From contig JAVCBY010000112.1 in assembly GCA_037917625.1 (NCBI GenBank), positions 1-39,585 on the forward strand: a stretch of 39,585 nucleotides of DNA, in the 5' to 3' direction. This DNA is from Thermoproteota archaeon. GTDB taxonomy: Archaea > Korarchaeota > Korarchaeia > Korarchaeales > Korarchaeaceae. A program made the position numbers and the translations under genes. Below the pieces are notes generated by a model. The model was not told where the DNA came from and searched no databases. It saw only the letters and a list, made by a program, of their open reading frames with translations. How positions within the stretch are numbered: position 1 is the first letter of the stretch; each line of letters opens with the position of its first letter. This document shows positions 9,278 to 18,392 of this stretch, one piece after another.

Positions 9278-9592
9278 CTAACCCCTCCCGATTAGATCGA
9301 ACTTTATCATCTTCAATCTCCTATTAAAAATCTCATCCCCATATATAGATGCGAGCTCATTTATGAGATCTTCTACGCTCTGAAATCCATCTTCCCTCGC
9401 TAGATAATCATCAAGCTCCTCTAAGCTTAGCTCCCTCACCTCCCTTATTATAGCTTCACCTATCCTCTCCTCCCCCGCCTCTAAGTAAACTAGATCCCCA
9501 GGATTAAGGATAGTCTCCATTCTTATCGTGCTCCTCTTCCTCCCAGAGATTATCGAATCCTTATATTTCCCTTTGAACTTCAGGACCTTCAT
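9278..9592 (-). CDS. ASCH domain protein
   Basis: IISGRKRSTIR, AREDGF motifs. Confidence 0.8.
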   Translation of the reverse strand: MKVLKFKGKYKDSIISGRKRSTIRMETILNPGDLVYLEAGEERIGEAIIREVRELSLEELDDYLAREDGFQSVEDLINELASIYGDEIFNRRLKMIKFDLIGRG

Positions 9593-9593
9593 C

Positions 9594-10967
9594 CTATCCC
9601 CTCAGTAGCCTGTTCACCATTGGAGGCACGATCCCCCCTCTAGCTAATAGGACCTTAGAATCAAACTTGGAGATTCCGAGGACAGGAGAAGACCCCAGAA
9701 TACCACCAAAATCTACTTCATCTCCCTCCTTAGCTCCAGGTACCGGGATGAGCCTTACCCCGAGGACCTTATCTAAAGTCACAGCTACGGCCATCACATC
9801 ACCTATTATCGCTGAGATCTTATCGGCTTCAACATCCCCAGGTATCGGCACCATATCGATGCCCGTGCTACAAACAGCTGTCATTGAGAGGAGGGCTCGA
9901 AGGTCGAGAGCTCCTCTCCTAACGGCCTCAGCCATACCGGAGTCCTCGCTCACTGGTATGAAGGCCCCGCTCAACCCCCCTACTGAGGATGTAGCCATAG
10001 CGCCTCCCTTCTTCACGGCATCCGTCAGTATCGCTAAGGCCAATAGGCTCCCAGGAGCTCCTACCTCCCCTACTCCCATTGCTCTCAAAATTCCAGCGAC
10101 GCTATCACCGATAGCTGGTGTTGGGGCTAGGGAAAGATCGACAGATCCGAATTTAGCTCCCATGACCTCAGCGACCTCCCTCCCGACTAACTCGCCCAAT
10201 CTAGTTATCTTGAAAGCGACCCTCTTAATAGCATCGTGGATCGTCCTGAGATCCTCCCCCTCGAGGAGCCTCACTACGCTTTCCACGACACCGGGACCGC
10301 TTATCGCAACGTTTATCACAGAATCGTTCTCCCTTCCATCATGATAGGCTCCCGGTATGAAGGGAGTCCCCCCTATCGCGTTCGCGAAAACCCCCAGCCT
10401 GGTGCATCCCCTATAATTGAGCTCAGCTAGCTCCTTTATTATACCTCCCATGATGGATACAGCATCTACGTTTATCCCGTGGACAGTCGATGCGGCATTG
10501 ACTAGAGAGGAGACCCTCTCGCTCTCTGAGAGAACTTCAGGTATCGAGTATATGACTCCATAGTCCCCTATGGAGAATCCTGAGTCTACGAATGCTGCAT
10601 GTCCGCCGACGTAATCCAATTTGAGCTCTTCAGATACTTTCTCCAGGGAAAATCCTATCTCAACAGCGATTTCCCTAGCCTCATCCTTATCAGAGGCCAA
10701 GGAATCCACTAAGTAGCAAGTTGGGGTAACTGCTAACCTCTTCGTTACTATCTTGACTCCCAATCTCCTTGCTACTGTATCAACAGCTTCCCTAAAGCCG
10801 GAAGCCTTCTCCTCAATCACGCTGATTATACCTTCCTTTATGTCATCATATCTCAGCGAGGGCAGTATATCTATACCTAACGTCACCGCCCTTATATCGA
10901 GGTTCTGGAAGGAGAGCATCTCTAATATCTCAGATATCTCACTCACCTCATATCTAGGCATTCTCAC
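9594..10967 (-). CDS. UPF0210/DUF711 PFL-like protein
   Basis: LDIRAVTLGI, KRLAVTP, SGPGVV, DLSLAPTP, GGLSGAFIPVSED, VCSTGIDM. Confidence 0.9.
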   Translation of the reverse strand: MRMPRYEVSEISEILEMLSFQNLDIRAVTLGIDILPSLRYDDIKEGIISVIEEKASGFREAVDTVARRLGVKIVTKRLAVTPTCYLVDSLASDKDEAREIAVEIGFSLEKVSEELKLDYVGGHAAFVDSGFSIGDYGVIYSIPEVLSESERVSSLVNAASTVHGINVDAVSIMGGIIKELAELNYRGCTRLGVFANAIGGTPFIPGAYHDGRENDSVINVAISGPGVVESVVRLLEGEDLRTIHDAIKRVAFKITRLGELVGREVAEVMGAKFGSVDLSLAPTPAIGDSVAGILRAMGVGEVGAPGSLLALAILTDAVKKGGAMATSSVGGLSGAFIPVSEDSGMAEAVRRGALDLRALLSMTAVCSTGIDMVPIPGDVEADKISAIIGDVMAVAVTLDKVLGVRLIPVPGAKEGDEVDFGGILGSSPVLGISKFDSKVLLARGGIVPPMVNRLLRG

Positions 10968-11245
10968 ACCCTCTGCATGAACCTAAAGACTTTCTCATGA
11001 ATCAAGATGACGTTAACCCCTACTTTCCTCCCCCTCTCTTCCAGCTCCTCCCTCAGCTCCTCCAAGCCCTTCTCACTTGAGGAGATATCAACTACCATTA
11101 TCATCGTGAAAAATCCCCTAAGAACGGTCATTGAAATATCAACTATGTTTGCATTAGCCTCTGCTAAGGCAGAGGATATCTCTGAAACTATCCCGGGCCT
11201 ATCGACTCCTAGGACGGATATGACTATGAGCTCACCCTCGGGCAT
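10964..11245 (-). CDS. ACT domain protein (UPF0237)
   Basis: VISVLGVDRPGIV, NIVDISMT, VFRFMQRV; the usual partner of UPF0210. Confidence 0.88.
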   Translation of the reverse strand: MPEGELIVISVLGVDRPGIVSEISSALAEANANIVDISMTVLRGFFTMIMVVDISSSEKGLEELREELEERGRKVGVNVILIHEKVFRFMQRV

Positions 11246-11543
11246 GAGCTCATTGAGGCATCATGAATAATTAAGCCTAGAGGTCGATAGCTCATAGCAT
11301 TAACTCCAAAATTACCGGGAGCTTACTCGTGGAACTCAAGATAAATCGGGTAGTAGATCCCCTACTGAGCTAGAGCTAAAGTACCGAAGTGGTTAGTCTT
11401 ATATACGACTTCTTGCATCAGGAGTTAATATAGAATTCCTCTAGGCTCATATTTAAGCTCCCGGATCCTATATTTCTCTGGGAAGGGGCTTCATTCGAGA
11501 GGCGTCTGCATATAGAGATGAGCATCCAGCTTTAAAATATATC

Positions 11544-12827
11544 ATGGAGCTCAACTTGATGATAGAAGTAAGGCCCTCCCAAGCTCAAGGTAAGGTCAGA
11601 GCCCCACCATCTAAGAGCTACTCTCATAGGGCTCTAGCCGTCTCCCTACTGTGCGAGGGCCCCTCTAAGATAGAGAATATCTCGAGAGCGAGAGACGTGA
11701 TAGCGACGCTAAATGCTATAAGATCCTTCGGAGCAAATATATCGGATGAACTGATTGAACTCAAGATAAAGCCGCCTCAGAAGCCCTCGATTCCTGATGA
11801 TGTGATCGATTGCGGGGGCTCCGGCACCACCATCAGGTTCTTCGCTCCCATCTCAACGCTCACAGAAGGAGGCTACACTGTGCTCACGGGGAACGATAGC
11901 TTGAGGAGGAGGCCCATGGGCCCGATAATAGATGCTATAAATAAACTGGGGGGATGGGCAGTTAGCTCCAGGATGAACGGACTTCCACCACTCATAGTGA
12001 GGGGAGGAGGCCTTAAAGGCGGTGAAGTCGAGATCGATGGGAGTATAAGCTCCCAATTCTTCTCAGGATTGATGATAGCATCCACATGCTTCGAGAAGGG
12101 CTTGAGGGTGAGGCCCATTGGGGAGCTAGTCTCGAGGCCCTATCTCGAGATGACGAGGGAGGTCCTGAGGAGGAGCGGATCTCAAGTTGAATTGAATGAG
12201 GAGATAAAAGTAGAACCAATGCCACCTAAGAGTCTAGAATTCAAAGTCCCCGGAGATTACGGTCTAGCGGCTTTTCATATGTTGACCGCTTCCGTTACTG
12301 GAGGGAGTGTCATCGTAGAGGATTTAGATAGTACAATGCTCCAAGCTGATTACGCTGCTATAGATGTTCTCAAGAGCTTCGGTGTCGAAGTTCAGGAGGT
12401 CGGAAGTAGCGTGATTGTGGAGGGAAGGCCTAAGTACGGGGTGAAGTTGAACCTCAAGGATTCTCCTGATGTATTCCCTATAGCATGCGTTTTAGCATCT
12501 TTCGTTAGCGAGGTCTCTGAGATAAGGGGGGTAGCTCACGCTAGGGTGAAGGAGAGCGATAGAGTAGCGAATATGTCCTCTGAGCTCAAGAAGGTAGGTG
12601 TTGAAGTGAAAGAGCTCTATGATGGGCTTGTTATAAGGGGAGGTAACCCAAAGGGAGGAGTCAAGCTCGATTCTCACGGGGATCATAGGATCTTCATGGC
12701 CCTCCTAGCTCTAGCTGCTGCCACGAGGGAAGGATGCATCATAGAGGGAGAGGACTCGGTCGCTGACTCCTATCCAAGCTTTCTTGAGGATTCAATGAAG
12801 CTCGGCATCGATATTAGAAGTACTTGA
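11544..12827 (+). CDS. aroA: 3-phosphoshikimate 1-carboxyvinyltransferase (EPSP synthase)
   Basis: SKSYSHR, CGGSGTTIR, SLRRRPM, SSQF, SRPY, KESDR, DHR, SYP. Confidence 0.93.
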   Translation: MELNLMIEVRPSQAQGKVRAPPSKSYSHRALAVSLLCEGPSKIENISRARDVIATLNAIRSFGANISDELIELKIKPPQKPSIPDDVIDCGGSGTTIRFFAPISTLTEGGYTVLTGNDSLRRRPMGPIIDAINKLGGWAVSSRMNGLPPLIVRGGGLKGGEVEIDGSISSQFFSGLMIASTCFEKGLRVRPIGELVSRPYLEMTREVLRRSGSQVELNEEIKVEPMPPKSLEFKVPGDYGLAAFHMLTASVTGGSVIVEDLDSTMLQADYAAIDVLKSFGVEVQEVGSSVIVEGRPKYGVKLNLKDSPDVFPIACVLASFVSEVSEIRGVAHARVKESDRVANMSSELKKVGVEVKELYDGLVIRGGNPKGGVKLDSHGDHRIFMALLALAAATREGCIIEGEDSVADSYPSFLEDSMKLGIDIRST

Positions 12828-12838
12828 GCGTAGCATTT

Positions 12839-13165
12839 TCAACTGTACTCCCTCCAGGAGTAACCGCATTTCGTACACTTATATATCCTAGTGGGAGGCT
12901 CATCCGCTGCTCTCGTTTGCACTATTTGGAAGTAAGCTTTATCATTACCGCATTTAGGACATCTTGCCTCAACTATGGGGGCAGATATTTTCTCAGATTC
13001 CTCCTCTATTATCACATCACCGCTCTCCGGTGTCACTTTCGTGATCACTTGCGAATTTCCCTTAGGAGGGCTCTCACTCTCATATCCACAGCTCGGGCAG
13101 TAATATACTAACTTCTTTCCGGACTTTTTAGGTCTCAAGAGGGTCCCGCATTTAGGGCAGAACAT
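12839..13165 (-). CDS. tfs: Transcription factor S (RpoM/TFIIS-like)
   Basis: MFCPKCG zinc ribbon and C-terminal CPKC...QTRAADEPPTRIYKCTKC with the acidic DE pair. Confidence 0.92.
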   Translation of the reverse strand: MFCPKCGTLLRPKKSGKKLVYYCPSCGYESESPPKGNSQVITKVTPESGDVIIEEESEKISAPIVEARCPKCGNDKAYFQIVQTRAADEPPTRIYKCTKCGYSWREYS

Positions 13166-13228
13166 ACAGACCCTCCCCTCTCTGAGCGTAGCTTATTTAA
13201 GTAAATGCATACACTCACACCAGAGAAA

Positions 13229-13732
13229 ATGAAGGTACTGAAGGGAGTCAAAAGGAAAAAAGTGAAGCAGCTCGCGGTCATAGTTGATGGGCCAAATATG
13301 CTAAGGAAGGAATTAGGCACAGATTTGGAGGAAATTAGGAAATTGGCTGAGAGGGAAGGTAGGATAAGATTGGCCGTTGTCGTATTAGATAAGAAGGCGC
13401 CTGAGAAATTAGTTGAAGCTGTGACTAATGCGGGCTTCAAACCTTTGATCTCCACGGGGAAAGTAGAGGTGGATTTCTCCATAGTTTGCATGGAAGCTAT
13501 AAATGATGAGAAGGTAGATATGATCGTGATGGCCGCTAGGAGCGCTGCTTACATGCCCCTCATACATAAGGCGAAGGAATCTGGGAAGGAGGTGATGATA
13601 ATAGGGGCTGAGCCAGGTTTCAGCGTCGCGTTGAAGAAAGCGTGCGATCAATACATATTACTTCCATCCTCTTCCCCTGAGAACCTCACCGAGCCTGAGG
13701 GTAAGGATGAAGGAAGAGATAGCGACGATTAA
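13229..13732 (+). CDS. NYN/LabA-DUF88 (PIN-like) domain protein
   Basis: VIVDGPNMLRK, G-K-V-E-V-D, ALKKACD. Start could be 13205 or 13229; overlaps the convergent gene by 75 nt. Confidence 0.8.
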   Translation: MKVLKGVKRKKVKQLAVIVDGPNMLRKELGTDLEEIRKLAEREGRIRLAVVVLDKKAPEKLVEAVTNAGFKPLISTGKVEVDFSIVCMEAINDEKVDMIVMAARSAAYMPLIHKAKESGKEVMIIGAEPGFSVALKKACDQYILLPSSSPENLTEPEGKDEGRDSDD

Positions 13733-14743
13733 AGCGCCTAAAAGATCTATCATTAAGCCCAGGAGCCCTATTGCCCCCTCCAAGTACTGACCCATTGAGT
13801 AGAAGGATATCCAGAATGATACTATGAGACCCGTCACCACTAGCCTCTCTAGAGAGTCTATCCTCCTCTCCGCGGCCCTCTCGATGGAGCTACCTGAGAA
13901 CATAATAGCTAGAGATAGTGCTAGAAAGCTACTCGTCTCTTGGAGCAATCTCGCTACTATCAGCTCCATCGGATAACCTTGGGAGGCTAGGGACAGCGCT
14001 CTAGTGTAAGATAATGATACCGTGATGAAGATACCTATCAATCCGATCACGAGGGAGGAGAAACCTACATGCCTACCGAAGTAGTTTACCCCCCTCATTA
14101 TCGCTTCCTTCGGTGAGAACCCTTTCTCAAGGAAGAAGAGGCCAGCTAATATAGATATCCCTATGTACAGATACTTCTGGAATTCTATGAGTGAGAAGAT
14201 GCCATATAAAATGAGGATAGCTCCAGGTAGTCCGAGAACTATGGATCTGGAGGAAGGGGATCTCATGAGCTTCTCAAAGTACCTCTTTATCAGTATGTAA
14301 GTGTGCTCTATCTCCCTGCTCTGCTGGACTATTACTCTCCTCACGCTCCTTATCGGAGCGTACTTCATTAAGATAGGGATCACTAGCTCATCATCAGCTC
14401 CATCAGAGACTAAAACTATACTTGTTGGCTTAAATATCCTCGAAACTTCATCCATCTGCTTATTTATCTCCTCGTCCGCTCGGAGCTCCTTCTCCTCATC
14501 CCCAGTTATAGTGACGATCTCGACCTGGGTGGATCCCGGGAATATGGACTTAGCTTCATCATATACCTTTATGGCCCCGAAAATAGCATTTGCATCCGCT
14601 TCCGTAGGATCAGCGAGAGCGAGCTTTGATGCAGCTTCAAGATTAGCCTCCCTTCCGATCACAGGACCCTTTATTCCGGTCTTGACCCCTAGGTCATTAT
14701 CCCTATCCACGCAGACTATAAGCACTCTTTCCTCCAGTTCCAT
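13658..14743 (-). CDS. DUF373 family archaeal membrane protein
   Basis: VCVDRDNDLG, ADPTEADAN, VSDGADDE, VQQSREIE followed by TM helices. Confidence 0.85.
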   Translation of the reverse strand: MELEERVLIVCVDRDNDLGVKTGIKGPVIGREANLEAASKLALADPTEADANAIFGAIKVYDEAKSIFPGSTQVEIVTITGDEEKELRADEEINKQMDEVSRIFKPTSIVLVSDGADDELVIPILMKYAPIRSVRRVIVQQSREIEHTYILIKRYFEKLMRSPSSRSIVLGLPGAILILYGIFSLIEFQKYLYIGISILAGLFFLEKGFSPKEAIMRGVNYFGRHVGFSSLVIGLIGIFITVSLSYTRALSLASQGYPMELIVARLLQETSSFLALSLAIMFSGSSIERAAERRIDSLERLVVTGLIVSFWISFYSMGQYLEGAIGLLGLMIDLLGALIVAISSFILTLRLGEVLRGRGWK

Positions 14744-14774
14744 TAGTCTTTACGTCACCTCGAAAAATAAAAGC

Positions 14775-15677
14775 TCAGCTGGGAGGTTTCTCCAGGAGGC
14801 CCATCTCCACGAGCAACTTGAGTTCCTCTATGGATAGCTTCTCTCCCCCTCTGTATTTCTCCAATGCTTCCTCAGCGAGCTTCTCTTTCATCTTCTTCTC
14901 AGCCTCTTTGCTGCTAGCTAAAGTCGCTTCAAATCTCTTCTTTATCTCCTCTTGAATACCAACCATATCAGCCCTTGTTTTCTCGATCTCCTCATTCAGT
15001 TTATCCACTTTTTCACTTCTCTTCTTTATCTCCTCGGTAAGATCATCTATCTCCTTATTCATCTTCTCTAGAGCTTCCTTCCTGCTAGTTATCTCATCAT
15101 AAACTTTATTTAGCTCCTCTTTTATCCTCCCAATCCTCTCCCCAGCGTCCCTGACGAAGAACCTCCATTTCTCCATTTCAGCCATCAGCTCAAGAATCTT
15201 CCTCTTCAGGGATTTCGCTCTGTTTAGGTTCTGCAACATCGCCTCATATTGGCTTATCTGCATCACTAAATCTCTCTCTTGATCTCTGTTAAGTGGGGAC
15301 GTCTCTATCCTCCTCTCTAATCTCGCTATCCTCCTCCTCAAGACCTTCTCCGGGATGCCGACGGAACTTATGAGGTACTTATACTCCTCCTTGAGCTTGA
15401 TCACTTCATCCCTCACTTCCTTGAATCTTTCAAGGGCTTCCCTTCTCTCATTCCTTATCCTCTCAAGATCGTCCTGCATTTTCCTCTTTCTCTCAACAGC
15501 TTCTCTGAAGCTCTCCCTCTCCTTCCTAACTTTATCTATTAGCTCGAATCTCTTCGCTCTGAGCTGTCTTATCTCATCAATTAAAGATCTCTTCTCCTCT
15601 TTGAGCTTAAAGAGCGTTTGCCTAAGCTCACTCTCCCTCTGCCTGAGGGATCTGACGGATTCATTCAGCACTGTCAT
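14775..15677 (-). CDS. Archaeal coiled-coil protein (COG1340-like)
   Basis: E/K/R-rich heptads, IETSPLNRDQERDLV, C-terminal GEKLSIEELKLL. Confidence 0.75.
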   Translation of the reverse strand: MTVLNESVRSLRQRESELRQTLFKLKEEKRSLIDEIRQLRAKRFELIDKVRKERESFREAVERKRKMQDDLERIRNERREALERFKEVRDEVIKLKEEYKYLISSVGIPEKVLRRRIARLERRIETSPLNRDQERDLVMQISQYEAMLQNLNRAKSLKRKILELMAEMEKWRFFVRDAGERIGRIKEELNKVYDEITSRKEALEKMNKEIDDLTEEIKKRSEKVDKLNEEIEKTRADMVGIQEEIKKRFEATLASSKEAEKKMKEKLAEEALEKYRGGEKLSIEELKLLVEMGLLEKPPS

Positions 15678-15888
15678 GCGGTCTCCTCCTTAGCATCGTG
15701 GGAGTACGATACTGTCAAGCTATCCCTCTACTTAAAAATTATTCGGTGACCCCTCCTCGCAATGAAGCTAGCTAATATCGATATTTATATTAAAATTATA
15801 AATATATATCGGAACGGATAAAAATGAACAATACGACATTCTATTGAAAGCTTTTAATGAACACGCTCCACTTGAGTTGGTGTCGAAG

Positions 15889-16398
15889 ATGCTAGTGGAC
15901 GATGGGATGAGGGTCCTATGGCTGGCTAGAACCGGTTGGATGCAGTCGGGCGTACCTGTAGCGATAGCCGAGACTGTAGCTCAGCATACATTCATAGCGT
16001 CCCTTATAGCTTTAGATCTATTCCCAAAAATGAGAGCATCTGGAAAAACTTTTAATGAAACTAAGGTGCTTAAGATGATACTTGTTCATGATATACATGA
16101 GGGGCTCTCCGGGGACTTGCCGAAGTGGATCGGTGAGAGGATAAACAGGAGGGTGCTGGAAGAGGAAGCTATCTCAAATATGAATCTCCCTGAGGAGATC
16201 AAGATTATTCTGAAGGAATACACACTCATGAAATCCGATGAAGCTAAGATCGCGAGATTAGCTGATCTCATGGCGACTTGGAGGATGGCGATATATTACA
16301 AGCAGCTGGGTTATGATGTCGATGATATACTGAGGAGCTCTCAGACTGAATCAATGAAGTTAGCGAAGGAGCTAGGGTTAGTAGTGGAAGATCTTTAG
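15889..16398 (+). CDS. HD-domain hydrolase (YfbR/YGK1-like 5'-nucleotidase)
   Basis: RTGW, ETVAQH, VHDIHEGLSGD, ADL. Start moved to ATG 15889. Confidence 0.82.
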   Translation: MLVDDGMRVLWLARTGWMQSGVPVAIAETVAQHTFIASLIALDLFPKMRASGKTFNETKVLKMILVHDIHEGLSGDLPKWIGERINRRVLEEEAISNMNLPEEIKIILKEYTLMKSDEAKIARLADLMATWRMAIYYKQLGYDVDDILRSSQTESMKLAKELGLVVEDL

Positions 16399-17327
16399 AC
16401 TTCTAAGACATCATCATATTTAGGGGAAGATCCAGGAAGCTTGTGAAGAGGTTCCCTCAGCCTGACGAACTCCTTGAATCTCTCAAAAATCTCCTCATCG
16501 CTTCCTCCATTCCTTATGATGCTGATGAAGTCCACTAGGGAATCCTCCCTAAATATGCAGGTTTTGAAAAACCCTTCCGCTGTCACCCTAAGTCTAGTGC
16601 ACCCCATACAGAATAGTGGATTTCCGCTGCCCTTAACGATCTCCACAGTAACTCCATCTAGCTCGAAGATAGGTCTATTTTGGAAGTCCCTGACCTCCCT
16701 CCTCAGGGCGACTTCATCGAGCTCCCTCTCGAAATCATCGAGTGGGAAGTAGTACTCACTTGACGTATCGAGCAGTTCTATCAGCTGGACCTTGAGCCCC
16801 TTCCTCCTCCCTAACTCCACTATATCCCAAAGCTCCCCCTCATTGATCCCCTTGAGAGCAGTGAAGTTCAGTTTAATGGGCTTCAATCCCCAGAGAAGGG
16901 CCTCATCTATGCCCTTAAGCACTTTCTCCAGACCATCAACACCAGTTATCCTCTCATAAACATCTCTCTTCAGGGAATGGAGGCTGACATTTATCCTATC
17001 GAGCCCAGCTTCCCTCAGGCCTCTAGCTCTCTCAACTAGGAAGTAACCGTTCGTGACTAAGCTCACTTCCTCCGCGCCTGAGGACTTGAGCTCTCTCACT
17101 ATCTCCTCTAGGTCCTCCCTCATGAGGGGCTCCCCTCCAGTCAACTTGACCCTCTTAACGCCATGCTTCGAGAGAACTCTCATCAATCTGCCTATCTCCT
17201 CAGGCTTCATCTCCTCCCCTCTGACGTAATGCCCCTCCCTATGGCAGAAGAAGCAATTGTAATTGCAGGAATTCGTGACTGATATCCTTAAATCCGTGAC
17301 CGGCCTCCCCCATCTATCTATCAACAA
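16395..17327 (-). CDS. moaA: GTP 3',8-cyclase
   Basis: DRWGR, LRISVT, CNYNCFFC, TGGEP, FCMGCTRLRVT...KTC. Confidence 0.93.
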   Translation of the reverse strand: MLIDRWGRPVTDLRISVTNSCNYNCFFCHREGHYVRGEEMKPEEIGRLMRVLSKHGVKRVKLTGGEPLMREDLEEIVRELKSSGAEEVSLVTNGYFLVERARGLREAGLDRINVSLHSLKRDVYERITGVDGLEKVLKGIDEALLWGLKPIKLNFTALKGINEGELWDIVELGRRKGLKVQLIELLDTSSEYYFPLDDFERELDEVALRREVRDFQNRPIFELDGVTVEIVKGSGNPLFCMGCTRLRVTAEGFFKTCIFREDSLVDFISIIRNGGSDEEIFERFKEFVRLREPLHKLPGSSPKYDDVLEV

Positions 17328-17784
17328 GGGATTTCACCTTCCTATCCACAAATATCTCCTCTATTCTAGTATGAGGGTAGTTCCCGCTCTCATCTTTCTC
17401 CAGATACTTCACCATATCCCATACGTTGAGGAGGGCTGAGGAGACAGCGGTGAGGGCTTCCATCTCCACACCAGTTTGAGCTATAGCTTTCACCTTGACG
17501 CTAACTTCGATGTAATCCTCACCTATCTTGAAGTCGACGTCAGTCGAAGTTACTTGTATCGGGTGGCATAACATTATGATCCTCGGAGTGTCCTTAACGG
17601 ATTGAATAGCTGCAACTCTAGCTACAGTCAGCACATCACCTTTCTTCACCTCTCCAGCTCTTATCTTCTCTATAGTTTCCTTCTTGAGCCTTATCCTCCC
17701 CCTAGCTACCGCTTCCCTATACGCGAGGGGCTTTTCCGTTATATCTATCATCGAGGCACCTCCTGGGTCAGATATTAAACCCAT
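17314..17784 (-). CDS. moaC: Cyclic pyranopterin monophosphate synthase
   Basis: MIDITEK, KKGDVL, LCHP, TGVEMEALT, WDMVK. Start moved to ATG 17784. Confidence 0.93.
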   Translation of the reverse strand: MGLISDPGGASMIDITEKPLAYREAVARGRIRLKKETIEKIRAGEVKKGDVLTVARVAAIQSVKDTPRIIMLCHPIQVTSTDVDFKIGEDYIEVSVKVKAIAQTGVEMEALTAVSSALLNVWDMVKYLEKDESGNYPHTRIEEIFVDRKVKSLVDR

Positions 17785-18392
17785 CTCTCCCTCCCATCTG
17801 AGAAGATCTCCTTCTTCCATATGGCTACGCTCCTCTTAACCTCATCTACTATCCATTTCGCGGCCTCGAAAGCTTCCTTCCTATGAGTGGACTTAGTCAG
17901 GACGAGGAGCGAGATATCGCCCGCTGGGACATCGCCCACTCTATGGAGTATGAGAGCATCCCTCAATCCGAATCTCCTTATAGCTTCCTCCCTGATCCTG
18001 ATGAGTTCCTTTTCGGCGATCTCCGGATAGCAATCGTAGAATATCTTATCTATGCGACCCTCATCAGATTCCCCTCTCACGATCCCTAGGAAAGCAACTA
18101 CAGCTCCTACATCACTATATCCAGCTTCGAGGAAAGGTTCGGGAGATATCCTCCCCCTGACTATTCCCACGCTTCCCCCTGAGAAGCTCGGGAATATAGC
18201 TACGAGATCCTCCCCGTGAACTCTAGTGGAGAGATCCCTCTTGAGCTCATGATTCACAGCGACGTTTATCCCATCGATCTCCCTTACCCCTAATCTCTCC
18301 AATAGCTCCTTTAAGCTTCCATCGAAGTCCAATTTCTTTTCCCTGAATCCCAGAAGATCCGAAAGCCTTCCATAAACTTTCACTAGGACCAT
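17775..18392 (-). CDS. moaE: MoaD(SAMP-like)-MoaE fusion, molybdopterin synthase
   Basis: N-terminal ubiquitin-like domain ending AIFPSFSGG, then GAVVAFLGIVR, HRVG, HRKEAF, IWKKE. Confidence 0.88.
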   Translation of the reverse strand: MVLVKVYGRLSDLLGFREKKLDFDGSLKELLERLGVREIDGINVAVNHELKRDLSTRVHGEDLVAIFPSFSGGSVGIVRGRISPEPFLEAGYSDVGAVVAFLGIVRGESDEGRIDKIFYDCYPEIAEKELIRIREEAIRRFGLRDALILHRVGDVPAGDISLLVLTKSTHRKEAFEAAKWIVDEVKRSVAIWKKEIFSDGRERWV

